Position numbers and translations under genes: made by a program. The notes below the pieces were generated by a model. That model made no database searches. It saw nothing but the letters and a program-made list of their open reading frames with translations, and was not told the DNA's origin. From contig JAGLLI010000078.1 in the NCBI GenBank assembly GCA_023140595.1, forward strand, positions 1 to 29,951: a stretch of 29,951 nt of DNA, read 5' to 3'. Position 1 is the first letter of the stretch. Every line of letters begins with the position of its first letter. The DNA comes from Candidatus Parcubacteria bacterium (GTDB lineage Bacteria > Patescibacteriota > Patescibacteriia > Patescibacteriales > UBA12075). This document shows positions 1 through 9,718 of this stretch, piece by piece.

Positions 1-3
1 ATA

Positions 4-1710
4 ATGCATCCGCGCAGTTTTCGCTCGGATTACGGCAGTTTAAAGCCGGTTAGTTTTTTGGGAATAATATTGGTTTATGGAAAAATCGCTTCAATTTTCG
101 GATATAAAGTTATTCCGTATTTAACGCCTTTTTTCGCATCGCTCGGCATTATTTATTTTTATTTGTTAATTAAAAGAATTTTTAATAAAAGCAATGCTTG
201 GTTTTCGGCTTCAATGCTGGCGGTTTTTCCGCCTTTTATTTATTTCGCGGCCAGAAGCATGTTTCATAATGTCTTGTTTGTTGTTTTTTTGATTATTAGC
301 CTGTATTACAGCCTGCTTTTTACTCGCGGACGGCTTAAATATTTAAAAAATAAATCAAAAAACAAAATTAAACTGGCAAAAAGAATAAAATTTTTTTTTA
401 AGAATAATAAACCCCGTGGAAAGGTATCGCTTGTCGGTGGCATTAAACCACAGACTGCGATAAAATATCACACCTCCGACTTCGTCAGAAGCTTTTCTTT
501 ACGGGGTAAAAAAAATAAAAATTATTATTTGGATTTTTTATTCGCTGGATTAGCAGGCGCTTTTATGGGATTAACAATAATAGTCCGCTCTTCCGAGTTG
601 TTATGGCTTTTGCCTATGCTTGTTTTTTTATGGATTTTTAATATTAAAAAAATAGGGTTTAGCCGCTTGATTGTTTATTTTGCTTTTTTGCTAATTGCTA
701 TTTTGCCTGCGTTGCATTTTAATAAAGCGCTTTATGGTTCGTATTATTTGGGCGGATATTCTGAAATGAACCAGTCAATCATGGCGATTGCCAAAGCAAG
801 CTCCGATTTAGCCGGCTCAACCGTTAACGGCGACTTTTCTTTGTACGGGGAATTATTAAATAAAGTTAAAAATTTTGTTTTCTATTTCGGACTGCATCCC
901 CGCCAAAGCGCGAATATGGCAGTTATTTATTTCGCGCAAATGTTTTCCTGGCTTTTTTGGGCGGCTCTTATTGGCGCGATTATATTTTTGATAAATTTCC
1001 GCAAATACAAAAAAAGGCATTGGCTGTTCGTTTTTTCTTTATTAATAATTTCCGGAATATTGATTATATATTACGGCAGCTGGGAATTTTATGATAATCC
1101 GGATAAGAGCAGGCGCACAATCGGCAATTCTTACACCCGCTATTGGCTGCCGATTTATTTGGGAGCAATGCCTTTTGCCAGCTTGTTTGTGATGCGTTTT
1201 ACTCGCGCGATTATTTCGCTTTGCAATAAATTCTATCAAGAAAAAAGAAAAAATTTAAATTTGTTTTCATATAAAATAAATAAGAAGTTTTATTATATCA
1301 GTTTAAGAATAATTTTTTTAATAATATTTTTTTACGGATCATTATCGTTTGTTTTGCACGGCTCGGAAGAGGGCTTGATATTTTTAGCTCAGCGCCAAAA
1401 AGAAAGCCGGACGGAATACAATCAAGTTTTAAAATTAACTGAAAATAATTCAGCGATCATAACTTTTTATCATGATAAACTGTTTTTTCCGGAGCGCAAG
1501 GTAATTGTCGGATTGTTTGATGATAAAAGAATGGTTGCGAAGTATGCCAATCTCGTTGAACTGCTGCCTGTGTATTATTATAATTTTACTTTGCCGCAAA
1601 AAGATATTGATTATTTAAACAGCAAGCGTTTGGCTGAAGCTGGGCTTGGAATAGAAAAGGTAAGGCAAATAACAAGCGATTTCACTTTGTATCGGTTGGT
1701 TGAAAAGTGA
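4..1710 (+). CDS. Polytopic membrane glycosyltransferase-like protein (GT-C fold, ArnT/PMT-like); 5' end lies outside the window
   Basis: The ORF runs in from the window edge with no start codon. It has many hydrophobic helices (FASLGIIYFYLLI, FVVFLIISLYYSLLF, LWLLPMLVFLWIF, GAIIFLINF...) and a soluble C-terminal ~150 aa. This topology is typical of ArnT/PMT-type lipid-linked sugar transferases. The family call is an inference from topology and composition only. Confidence 0.4.
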   Translation: MHPRSFRSDYGSLKPVSFLGIILVYGKIASIFGYKVIPYLTPFFASLGIIYFYLLIKRIFNKSNAWFSASMLAVFPPFIYFAARSMFHNVLFVVFLIISLYYSLLFTRGRLKYLKNKSKNKIKLAKRIKFFFKNNKPRGKVSLVGGIKPQTAIKYHTSDFVRSFSLRGKKNKNYYLDFLFAGLAGAFMGLTIIVRSSELLWLLPMLVFLWIFNIKKIGFSRLIVYFAFLLIAILPALHFNKALYGSYYLGGYSEMNQSIMAIAKASSDLAGSTVNGDFSLYGELLNKVKNFVFYFGLHPRQSANMAVIYFAQMFSWLFWAALIGAIIFLINFRKYKKRHWLFVFSLLIISGILIIYYGSWEFYDNPDKSRRTIGNSYTRYWLPIYLGAMPFASLFVMRFTRAIISLCNKFYQEKRKNLNLFSYKINKKFYYISLRIIFLIIFFYGSLSFVLHGSEEGLIFLAQRQKESRTEYNQVLKLTENNSAIITFYHDKLFFPERKVIVGLFDDKRMVAKYANLVELLPVYYYNFTLPQKDIDYLNSKRLAEAGLGIEKVRQITSDFTLYRLVEK

Positions 1711-1937
1711 AGATCATCCAAAACTTTATGTGGATTTCATAAAAAATTCATAATTATTTTATTTATTTACAACAAAAATTAATGTTTGTCAAGTTTTTGA
1801 TTTTTTTTTAATTTTAGGTATTTTTCGGCTGTTTTTTTCTTGACATTATTTTTTTTCTTTGCTATTTTTATAAATATAAAATAAATATTATTTTTTTAAG
1901 TTTTCTTTTTTTTATGAAGACAGACGAAATAAATATT

Positions 1938-1967
1938 TTTACAGGTTTAAATAAATTCATATATAAT
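1938..1967 (+). promoter_or_regulatory. Putative sigma70-type promoter for the giant adhesin gene (TTTACA-18-TATAAT)
   Basis: TTTACA at 1938-1943, an 18-nt spacer, then TATAAT at 1962-1967. It lies in a 350-bp AT-rich non-coding region about 95 nt upstream of the 2061 start. Confidence 0.35.
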
Positions 1968-1970
1968 TGA

Positions 1971-2012
1971 ATTTCGAGCTTTTTTTTGCTCGGAATTTTT
2001 TGTTTTTGTTAA
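1971..2012 (+). terminator. Hairpin plus U-tract in the adhesin 5' leader (terminator/attenuator-like)
   Basis: AATTTCGAGC-(T)8-GCTCGGAATT forms a 10-bp stem with one G-U pair and an 8-U loop. It is followed by TTTTTGTTTTTGTT. Confidence 0.35.
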
Positions 2013-2060
2013 TTAATTTTTTTTAATTCTTCTATTTTTATTCATCGGTTTTTTTGGAGG

Positions 2061-5000
2061 ATGCCTGTGTGTAAAAGCAAAAAATTTATGGGAAACTTTA
2101 TTAAAAAACAAATCAAGGGGCGCGCGATGAAATTGCCTATGGCGGTTTTGGTGTGCGCTTTGTTGGTTGTAGGCGCAGGGGTTGCTTATGAGGCTGTGGC
2201 CGTTGACCCTCTTGTTGTTACGCCTACTACAGGAGGTGAAGCTGTGTCTATTGACACTACTTCAGATGGAGGTTTTGGTGTATGGACTAGTTTAAGTAAT
2301 CCAATAATTACAGAAAGCAGTGTTGGGGATATTAGTGTGGGAATGCACACAATGACGTTACCTGAAGGCTGGGAATTTAACACTTCTCAAAGTGTTCATA
2401 TTGGTTTAACTTCTGGCGGAGTAGCTGGGCTAGATTTACATACATATATTGTAACTCCAACAGCTAATACCATAACTTATGTGGTTACAGCCGCCTCTGT
2501 AAACGAAGCAGAAACTTTAACATTTAATTACATTCAAGTTAGACCGACTAATCAGAATGTTGAGAGCGGAAATATTACAGCAACAGCGGGTATAATAGTT
2601 GGTGTAGATGAAAATACTAATTTTGGAACTTTGACTACTGTTGCCGGTCTTGTCACCCAAGTTGCTTTTGCAACGCAGCCGGGATCCACAGTGTATGGCT
2701 CGGATTTAGATCCGCAGCCGGTTGTAAAAACTCAAGATCAGTTTGGCAATCATTCAATAGTTGGGCTTGCCAGCAGTAAAGATGTTACGCTTGCTTTAAC
2801 TGGGACAGGAGCATTAACAGGAACACAAACACTTGATATTGGAACTGGTGCTGGAAATGGAACGGTGGCATTTAGTGGTTTAGCAGTTGATACTGCTGGA
2901 ATTGGAAATGTATTGACTGCTAGCGCGGATGGGTTGGTTGGTAATGATAGTGAATTGTTTGATGTTGCGCCAAAAACAGTTAATGTTACCGCTCAAACAG
3001 ATACAAAAACATACGATGGCGATGTTGATTCAGATGTTTCTCCTGTAGGTGATATTCTTGAAAGCGGCGATACTTGGAATAGTCAAGGCTCTCAAATATT
3101 CAGCCAATCAAATGTTGGCGCTGATTTAACTTTAACAACCAGCGGAGCATCAATTAATGATGGAAATGGCGGAGCTAACTATACTATTATTTATGTAACT
3201 GATGAAACTGGTGTGATTAATGAAAAGGAACTTACAGTAACTGGCGCAACAGTCACACCTAAAACATATGATGGAAATACAGACGCTGTTATCACAGGTG
3301 CTACTTTAGACGAAGTAGTTTCGCCTGATATTGTTACTCTCGCAAATAACACATCTGGTACTTTTGATAACAAAAATGTTGGAGCAGACAAAACAGTTAC
3401 TACTGCAATGACAATTACTGGTACTGACGCAGGTAACTATATTTTGACTCAACCAACATTAACGGGTGATATTACAAAAAGAGCAATCACGGTAACCGCT
3501 ACTACAGATAGTAAGACATATAATGGTTCAATTATTTCCATAGTGGCTCCAGTAGTAGATGATCTTGCATCTGTGGACAGCATAGATACACCGCCAACTC
3601 AAACTTTTGATACTAGAGATGTGGGTATTGGAAAAACTTTAACCGCAAGTGGACTAGAAATTACTGGAGGCAACAGTAATTATATTGTTACTTATATAAC
3701 TGATACAACTGGTATAATCAATACTAAATTAATTAATGTTACCGCTCAAACTGATACCAAAGTTTATGATGGACTAGTTGACTCCGATGAAAATCCAATA
3801 GTTGATTCTCTTGAACCAGGAGATACTATAACTACAAACCCAATTCAAACATTTGACGATAAAAATGTAGACATCGGAAAAACTTTAACAGCAAGCGGGC
3901 TTGTAATAGCTGATGGCAATGGCGGAGATAACTATGGTATTAATTATGTAGATGATGTTACTGGTGTGATTAGTATAAAATCTATCACTGTAACCGCCAA
4001 TCCTCAAACTAAAGTTTATGGAGAGCTTGATGTTTTACACTTTACTTATACACCCAACCCTGCTTTAATCGGCTATGATGAATTTACCGGAGCTTTAAGC
4101 CGTATTTCCGGAGAAGCTATCGGCACTTATGAAATTCAACAAGGAGGTTTAACGGCAGGAAGTAACTATAATATCACTTATATTTTAGATTATTTAACAA
4201 TAACTGACGCTACATCCCCAGAAACAACAGATAATGTTCCAGCAGGTTGGCAAACTTTTGATGTAACAGTAATTTTTGATTGCAATGATTCAGTCGGTGG
4301 AAATTCAGGTTGCTCAAAAGTATACTATACAACGAATGGAAGTAATCCAACAACTTTATCTAACTTTGTAGATATTGCGAATGATTGGCAATTCACAATG
4401 TCAACAGACGGAGAATATACAATAAAATATAGAGGCGAGGATATTTCTGGAAATTTAGAAGATGTTAAAACGGCTGATAATCTTTTGCAATTAGATAAAA
4501 TAGCTCCTGAAATAATCAACGAAACTCCGGCAGACGGCGACATTACCTCAGACACAACTCCGTTAATAAGCGTTGATTTTGTTGAAAATGGTTCTGGTAT
4601 TGATTTGAACAGCGCAAAAATTGTAGTTAACCATACAGATGTTACAACTTTTGCAATCATAACTGAAGATGGTGTAGAATATACGCCAATAAGCCAATTA
4701 TGGAATGGGATACATGATATAGTTGTTGATGTTGATGATTTAGCCGGTAATTCAGCAGTGCAATATTCATGGCAATTCGGTATTGACCAAACGCAAACAA
4801 CAATTTTAACAACTTCCGATAAATATAGCGCGCATGCCGATGGAGTAAGTGAAATTAAAATAACTGCTCAAATATTAGAAGAAGGAAATCCCGTAACAAG
4901 CGGAGATGTTAATTTTGTTTCTGTAATTGGAACTTTGACAAATATTACCTCATTAGATGAAAACGGAAACGCAACAGCAATATTAACTTCAACTGAAACA

Positions 5001-6284
5001 GGATCAACAATCGTGACAGCTTCTTACGATTCTCCGAACGGAGTAATCACTTCGCAAGTTTATCTTAATTTTAATGAAACCCCAAAAACAATTTCAGTAA
5101 CAGCTAGTCCTGCTAGTGTTCCAGCCGATGGCGTAACAGAGTCTATTATTACCGCAACTATATCAAATAATGGCGATCCTATAGTGGGCGGAACTGTTAA
5201 TTTTATCTCTAATGATATGAGTGTTTTAAGCGAAAGCAGTGCAGTTTCTGATGATGAAGGAAAAGCAACAGTAACCTTAACTTCAGCAAATGTTACTTGG
5301 GGAGCGCAAGTAGAAGCTAGCTATATGGGAAGTGAGACAATATATGATTATACCTATGTTGAATTTACGGAATACACAGCGCCTGATACTACAGCTCCAA
5401 CCGCAACACAATATCCGGCAGATGGTTCAAAAAATGTTGCCGTAACCGTTAATCCCTACATTGATTTTTCAGAAGCGATGAATGAGGAGACTTTAGTTAG
5501 CGGCAAAATTGAATTAAGGGAATACGACAATGATTTTGTTAGTTCTGTTTATAATATAACAACTAATAGCGACGGAACAACAAGATTAACCTTTATTCCT
5601 AATTCTACATTAGATTATGAAGAGCAATATTATTTCTTTATCGGCACCGGAGTTGAGGATTTATCAGGAAATAAATTTGCGTCAGACAGTTGGTATTTTG
5701 GACAAAAAGCAGACCACGAATTTACAGTCATAGCGGAAGATGTTCCTGTTACAAGTTATGATATTCCGTTAAACGCCGGCTGGAATTTAATTTCATTACC
5801 GTTAATTCCAAACAGTGCTGTAATTGTGGATGTGTTGGCTGATGAAAATTTTCTTTCAACTACCAATGACAATGTGAATATAGTAAAATACTATAATTCA
5901 ACAGAAGCAACGCCATGGTCAAGCTATGACCCTGTGCACGGCGGAAGCTTAGGAACAATGGAAGACGGAAAAGGATATTGGATATTTATGAATATTGCAG
6001 ATACTTTAACTGTAAACGGAACTGAAACAGCGGAAGGCGGGGATACGCCAACTAGCTATGAGTTAGTTGAAGGCGATTGGAATCTTGTTGGGCTTAAGTC
6101 TACAACAGAAATGATAGCAGGCGATTATATTAGAGATTATACTGATAAAACATTAAATGAAAAGTCTATTTTATGGGATTACAAAGATAGGGATGGTGAT
6201 GGGGATAGAGAATATTCAGAAAATCCATTTTATGAAAATGGTAATATGGAACCAGGATATGGATATTGGTTACTTATACAATAA
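2061..6284 (+). CDS. Giant secreted surface adhesin: signal peptide, 5 tandem YDG/MBG-type repeats, chitobiase/hexosaminidase-C-like domain, SbsA-type and Big-type Ig-like domains
   Basis: 1407-aa ORF. The signal-peptide-like segment is MKLPMAVLVCALLVVGAGVAYEAVA. GGAGG abuts the first ATG, so the true start is more likely GTG 2067 or ATG 2127 (preceded by AAGGGG). There are five ~85-aa repeats, each beginning (V/I)TVTA-x-TD-(T/S)K(T/V)YDG and ending NY-x-I-x-Y (about nt 2970-4210). These match the YDG/MBG adhesin repeat. A FDCNDSVGGNSGCSKVYYTTNGSNPTT segment resembles a chitobiase/beta-hexosaminidase C-terminal domain. Two P-A-D-G-...-V-x-F-S-E segments are SbsA-type Ig-like. A 'Big'-type (bacterial Ig-like) invasin/intimin-like segment follows. 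Confidence 0.8.
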   Translation: MPVCKSKKFMGNFIKKQIKGRAMKLPMAVLVCALLVVGAGVAYEAVAVDPLVVTPTTGGEAVSIDTTSDGGFGVWTSLSNPIITESSVGDISVGMHTMTLPEGWEFNTSQSVHIGLTSGGVAGLDLHTYIVTPTANTITYVVTAASVNEAETLTFNYIQVRPTNQNVESGNITATAGIIVGVDENTNFGTLTTVAGLVTQVAFATQPGSTVYGSDLDPQPVVKTQDQFGNHSIVGLASSKDVTLALTGTGALTGTQTLDIGTGAGNGTVAFSGLAVDTAGIGNVLTASADGLVGNDSELFDVAPKTVNVTAQTDTKTYDGDVDSDVSPVGDILESGDTWNSQGSQIFSQSNVGADLTLTTSGASINDGNGGANYTIIYVTDETGVINEKELTVTGATVTPKTYDGNTDAVITGATLDEVVSPDIVTLANNTSGTFDNKNVGADKTVTTAMTITGTDAGNYILTQPTLTGDITKRAITVTATTDSKTYNGSIISIVAPVVDDLASVDSIDTPPTQTFDTRDVGIGKTLTASGLEITGGNSNYIVTYITDTTGIINTKLINVTAQTDTKVYDGLVDSDENPIVDSLEPGDTITTNPIQTFDDKNVDIGKTLTASGLVIADGNGGDNYGINYVDDVTGVISIKSITVTANPQTKVYGELDVLHFTYTPNPALIGYDEFTGALSRISGEAIGTYEIQQGGLTAGSNYNITYILDYLTITDATSPETTDNVPAGWQTFDVTVIFDCNDSVGGNSGCSKVYYTTNGSNPTTLSNFVDIANDWQFTMSTDGEYTIKYRGEDISGNLEDVKTADNLLQLDKIAPEIINETPADGDITSDTTPLISVDFVENGSGIDLNSAKIVVNHTDVTTFAIITEDGVEYTPISQLWNGIHDIVVDVDDLAGNSAVQYSWQFGIDQTQTTILTTSDKYSAHADGVSEIKITAQILEEGNPVTSGDVNFVSVIGTLTNITSLDENGNATAILTSTETGSTIVTASYDSPNGVITSQVYLNFNETPKTISVTASPASVPADGVTESIITATISNNGDPIVGGTVNFISNDMSVLSESSAVSDDEGKATVTLTSANVTWGAQVEASYMGSETIYDYTYVEFTEYTAPDTTAPTATQYPADGSKNVAVTVNPYIDFSEAMNEETLVSGKIELREYDNDFVSSVYNITTNSDGTTRLTFIPNSTLDYEEQYYFFIGTGVEDLSGNKFASDSWYFGQKADHEFTVIAEDVPVTSYDIPLNAGWNLISLPLIPNSAVIVDVLADENFLSTTNDNVNIVKYYNSTEATPWSSYDPVHGGSLGTMEDGKGYWIFMNIADTLTVNGTETAEGGDTPTSYELVEGDWNLVGLKSTTEMIAGDYIRDYTDKTLNEKSILWDYKDRDGDGDREYSENPFYENGNMEPGYGYWLLIQ

Positions 6285-6296
6285 TCTATTATAAAA

Positions 6297-6335
6297 TAAG
6301 AGGGAGAAAATTTTTCTCCCTCTTTGGTAATTTTT
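6297..6335 (+). terminator. Rho-independent terminator after the adhesin gene
   Basis: AAGAGGGAGAAAA/TTTTCTCCCTCTT is a near-perfect 12-13 bp inverted repeat. It sits directly after the stop codon and is followed by a T-rich tract. Confidence 0.7.
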
Positions 6336-6363
6336 ACTCTGTTTGTCAGTAAAAAAATAAACT

Positions 6364-7728
6364 ATGAAAAAAATAAAACAATTAGCAATTATTACGGTGA
6401 TATTTGCTTTGGTTTTGCCAACAGCAATTTTGGCAGATATACCGGAATCATTTTCAGTTCGCGGCAATATAACAATAGACGGAGAAGACGCGCCAGTTGG
6501 CGTAATTATTTCAGTGGAAAAAGACAATCAAAATATAGCTAATACCATCGTTACTTTTGAGGGAAAATATCTTGTTGCAATTTCCGCGGAAAATATCGGA
6601 GAAACATTGGCTTACAAGATAGATGGATTTTCTTCTATCTCAGAAGACGCAAATCCGGAAGGCAACCCATCAAGCCAAACTATTGATTTAGCATTTGCCA
6701 CTGTTCAAGATAATGATGATGACGAAGATCAACAAGAGCAAAATAATAATTCAAGTTCATCATCCAGTAGTGGCACCGACAGAACACCCCCAAGCAACAC
6801 CTCAATTTTAATCAACAACAACGACCAAACGACAAATTCCGCGGAAGTTGTTTTAAGCCTGTTGGCAAGCGGAGCAAGCAAAATGATGATTGCGAATGAC
6901 AGCGATTTTACAGGAGCGGAATGGGAAAATTACGCAACAACAAAAAATTGGGTTTTAACGGAAGAGGATGAAGAAAAAACAGTTTACGCGAAATTCAAAG
7001 ACACATCAGGCAATACTTCAAGCCCTGTTCAGGATTTAATTATTTTATCAACCGACACGAATCAAGCGGGAATCCTGGCAATCCCGGCAATCCCTCAAGT
7101 TGTCGTGCTTGGCGTTCAATCAGACTACCGAACAATTCAAGTTAACAAAATATTAAGCGAAGCAGGATATATTTTTGGAGGAGATGCCGATTCAGTCGCG
7201 CAAAACAGAAAAAAACAAAGAAATGAGGGCGAGGAAACAGAAATACATAACAGATATGTGGTGCGGCTTACAAAAGGAATAAACGGATTAACGGAGTCAA
7301 ATATCAGAGCTTTTACAAACTTTATTCTTTACAGCACCGAAACAACCGATATTTTAGGAGCTGGAGAACGGGCAGGAGTGATTAATTCCTATAAATCAGC
7401 TTATGGTAAACTGCCGACAACTGAAGCGGAATGGAACGATTTGATTTTAATCGCCAACGGCAGATGGCCGAGTGAAAAAAGAGAAACAGCGGAAACAAAC
7501 GGGAAAAAAGAATTTAAGAAAGTGTATAAAAGAGATGCCAATATGGAAAACGCAAACGATAACGCGGCTGTTACCATAATCGCTTACGGACTTCGCTCAG
7601 ACTCAAGAAATTTAGACAGCGAAAAAGCCGGAATTAAAAGTTTTAAGCACATCTACAAATATAATCCAACATCAGCAATTGACTGGGATATTGTCAGAGC
7701 GATTGCTTATTCAGGGGCGGTTAGATAG
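6364..7728 (+). CDS. Secreted hypothetical protein with N-terminal CarboxypepD_reg/Cna-B-like beta-sandwich domain and acidic/Ser-rich linker
   Basis: The signal peptide is MKKIKQLAIITVIFALVLPTAILA. The N-domain reads RGNITIDGEDAPVGVIISVEKDNQNIANTIVTFEGKYLVAISAEN. This G-x-V-x-D-x-x-PxxGxxV...TdxxGxYxI pattern is typical of carboxypeptidase-regulatory-like domains. A low-complexity tract (DNDDDEDQQEQNNNSSSSSSSGT) follows. Confidence 0.7.
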   Translation: MKKIKQLAIITVIFALVLPTAILADIPESFSVRGNITIDGEDAPVGVIISVEKDNQNIANTIVTFEGKYLVAISAENIGETLAYKIDGFSSISEDANPEGNPSSQTIDLAFATVQDNDDDEDQQEQNNNSSSSSSSGTDRTPPSNTSILINNNDQTTNSAEVVLSLLASGASKMMIANDSDFTGAEWENYATTKNWVLTEEDEEKTVYAKFKDTSGNTSSPVQDLIILSTDTNQAGILAIPAIPQVVVLGVQSDYRTIQVNKILSEAGYIFGGDADSVAQNRKKQRNEGEETEIHNRYVVRLTKGINGLTESNIRAFTNFILYSTETTDILGAGERAGVINSYKSAYGKLPTTEAEWNDLILIANGRWPSEKRETAETNGKKEFKKVYKRDANMENANDNAAVTIIAYGLRSDSRNLDSEKAGIKSFKHIYKYNPTSAIDWDIVRAIAYSGAVR

Positions 7729-7739
7729 ATTTTATAAAA

Positions 7740-8561
7740 ATGAAAAATATAAAAAGAAAAATATTTTTGATATTTATTTTTTTATTTCTTATTCCTGCAA
7801 CAGTTTCAGCCAGCCAAATATTACCTCCGGAAATTCCTGTTTTATTTTACGGCAGGGCGGAAATAAATGATAAGCCGGCTGATGTTAATACAGTCGTCTC
7901 AGTAAAAATAAAAGCGGATAATATTGAAATCGCAAGCAGCACCGTTAAAATCGCAGGCGAATATTTTATTGAAATTCCATGCGAAAACTATGTTGATAAA
8001 AACATGGTTTTTAGTTTGGGTGATTTGGCGGGCGGACAGCATGAATGCCATGATGTTCAAATAACTCCTAGCGTAAAGTTTGATCTAACGGTTTTTTCGA
8101 AAAAGGAGAAGGAAGGTGAAAAAGAAGAGGATGAATCGCCTAAAATAAATTCTTCAGGCAATAGCCTTGTTTGGCTGATTAATCAAAAAAATAAAGAAGA
8201 AAAAAATAAAGAAATTATTGCGCTTGGCATAAGCGCTTATGCCGACGGTTCATTGCTAAGAGGCAAAGATGGTAGAATATATTTAATAGACAGAGGATTT
8301 AAAATATATATTTCAACTTTAAAAAAATTACTGGAATTTGAGGGACAAGCCATTTATAATGTTGACAATGAAGAATTGGCAAAGTATAAAAATAAAAAAT
8401 ATTTCATTAACGATTTAATCCGCGAACAAAGCAAAACAAAAATTTTTGTTATAACAAATAGCGGATTAAGGCATATTTTAAGCTTGCAGGAATTGCGCTT
8501 AAAGCATTTTAGGCAGGAAATATTTAATGTTAGCAGAAAAGAGATGGTTTTGTATGAGTAG
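7740..8561 (+). CDS. Secreted hypothetical protein; paralogous N-domain to the upstream gene plus one copy of a ~45-aa module shared with ORF 20522..22072
   Basis: The signal peptide is MKNIKRKIFLIFIFLFLIPATVSA. The N-domain (YGRAEINDKPADVNTVVSVKIKADNIEIASSTVKIAGEYFIEIPCEN) aligns with the N-domain of 6364..7728. The C-terminal segment GRIYLIDRGFKIYISTLKKLLEFEGQAIYNVDNEELAKY resembles the repeats in the 20522 protein. Confidence 0.7.
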   Translation: MKNIKRKIFLIFIFLFLIPATVSASQILPPEIPVLFYGRAEINDKPADVNTVVSVKIKADNIEIASSTVKIAGEYFIEIPCENYVDKNMVFSLGDLAGGQHECHDVQITPSVKFDLTVFSKKEKEGEKEEDESPKINSSGNSLVWLINQKNKEEKNKEIIALGISAYADGSLLRGKDGRIYLIDRGFKIYISTLKKLLEFEGQAIYNVDNEELAKYKNKKYFINDLIREQSKTKIFVITNSGLRHILSLQELRLKHFRQEIFNVSRKEMVLYE

Positions 8562-8591
8562 GTTTTATTGTATTTAAATTATTTATAAAAA

Positions 8592-8620
8592 TTGAATTTC
8601 GCAGTTAAAAATGATATAAT
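8592..8620 (+). promoter_or_regulatory. Promoter for pilT (TTGAAT-17-TATAAT with extended -10 TG)
   Basis: TTGAAT at 8592-8597, a 17-nt spacer, then TGATATAAT at 8612-8620. The pilT ATG follows 31 nt downstream. Confidence 0.55.
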
Positions 8621-8650
8621 ATTTATATAAATATTATTTATAAATAAAAG

Positions 8651-9694
8651 ATGGAACTAGAACCTTATTTTAAAACAGCCATTGAAAATAACGCGTCTGA
8701 TTTGCATTTGGTTGAAGGCAGCGTGCCGGCATTGCGAGTATCAGGCGATTTAATCAGCTTTAAAGAAAAAGCCATTCCTTACGGAGAATTAAAGCACGCG
8801 CTTTACCTTTATTTGGATAAATATACCAAAGACAGATTTGAAAGAAAAAGAGATGTGGATATGTCAATGGAATTTTTTGATAACAGATTCCGGGTTAATC
8901 TCCATTTTCAAGGAGGTAAAATAGGCTTAACCGCCCGTTTGGTTCCCAAAAAAATTCCAACACCCAAAGAGATTGGATTAAATGAAGTAATTTATTCTTT
9001 AACCCATCTAAAAGACGGATTAATACTTGTAACGGGACCATCAGGAACAGGCAAATCAACCACTTTGGCTGTGATGCTTGATATAATCAACGCGGAAAGG
9101 CGTTCGCATATCATTACTATTGAAGATCCGATTGAGTATGATTTTACTGACAAGCAAAGCATTGTTGAGCAAAGGCAGCTTGGAAGGGATACCAACGGTT
9201 TTGCGGATGCTTTAAAATACGCTTTAAGGCAAGACCCAAATGTTATTATGGTTGGTGAAATGCGCGATCTTGAAACTATTTCCGCGGCTCTAACAGCCGC
9301 AAAAACCGGTCATTTGGTTCTTTCCACCCTGCATACGACAACAGCCCCGGAAACAGTGGAAAGAATAGTGGACTTTTTTCCTTTACAAAATCAAAATTCA
9401 ATTACCGGCCAGCTTGCCTCGGTGCTAAGAGCGGTTATTTCTCAGCAATTATTACCGAAAAAGACAGGAGGATTGACGGCGGCCAGAGAAATAATGATTA
9501 ATAACCGAGCGATAGCAAGTTTAATTCGCGATAATAAAACAGAGCAAATTTATTCCACTATTCAAATGGGAACGAAAGACGGTATGATAACAATGAATAA
9601 ATCAATAGATAATTTGTTAAAAAACGGAGTAATCAGCGAAGATGTCGCGCGCAACAGGAAAAGAGATTTGGAAACACAAGCGGTTTATTATTAA
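8651..9694 (+). CDS. pilT: Type IV pilus retraction (twitching motility) ATPase PilT
   Basis: 347 aa. Walker A is GPSGTGKST. The Asp box and Walker B region reads IITIEDPIEYDF...VIMVGEMRDLETI. The His box is GHLVLSTLHT. The PilT-specific AIASLIRDNKTEQIYSTIQMG matches the AIRNLIRE motif. The length fits PilT (~345 aa) rather than PilB/GspE. Confidence 0.9.
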   Translation: MELEPYFKTAIENNASDLHLVEGSVPALRVSGDLISFKEKAIPYGELKHALYLYLDKYTKDRFERKRDVDMSMEFFDNRFRVNLHFQGGKIGLTARLVPKKIPTPKEIGLNEVIYSLTHLKDGLILVTGPSGTGKSTTLAVMLDIINAERRSHIITIEDPIEYDFTDKQSIVEQRQLGRDTNGFADALKYALRQDPNVIMVGEMRDLETISAALTAAKTGHLVLSTLHTTTAPETVERIVDFFPLQNQNSITGQLASVLRAVISQQLLPKKTGGLTAAREIMINNRAIASLIRDNKTEQIYSTIQMGTKDGMITMNKSIDNLLKNGVISEDVARNRKRDLETQAVYY

Positions 9695-9718
9695 TTATTA
9701 ATTATTAATTATAAATAT

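Noticed and set aside
2186-4660. Short minus-strand ORFs inside the adhesin gene (2186..2383, 3191..3391, 4325..4660); the same pattern holds for 1042..1239, 8992..9195, 11784..12029, 13156..13772, 15420..15713, 16533..16784, 19514..19795, 21715..21918, 23199..24377, 28458..28802
   Set aside because: They are antisense or off-frame shadows of long, well-supported genes. None has an RBS or a recognisable motif.
2061-6284. Diversity-generating retroelement (DGR) target or variable repeat in the adhesin C-terminus
   Set aside because: I considered this because giant adhesins in small genomes are frequent DGR targets. No reverse-transcriptase ORF exists in the window. No near-identical template/variable repeat pair, with or without adenine-specific differences, was seen.
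6270-6542. ORFs 6270..6527 (-) and 6324..6542 (+) around the adhesin terminator
   Set aside because: They span the palindromic terminator and the N-terminus of the secreted-protein gene, so they are not independent genes.
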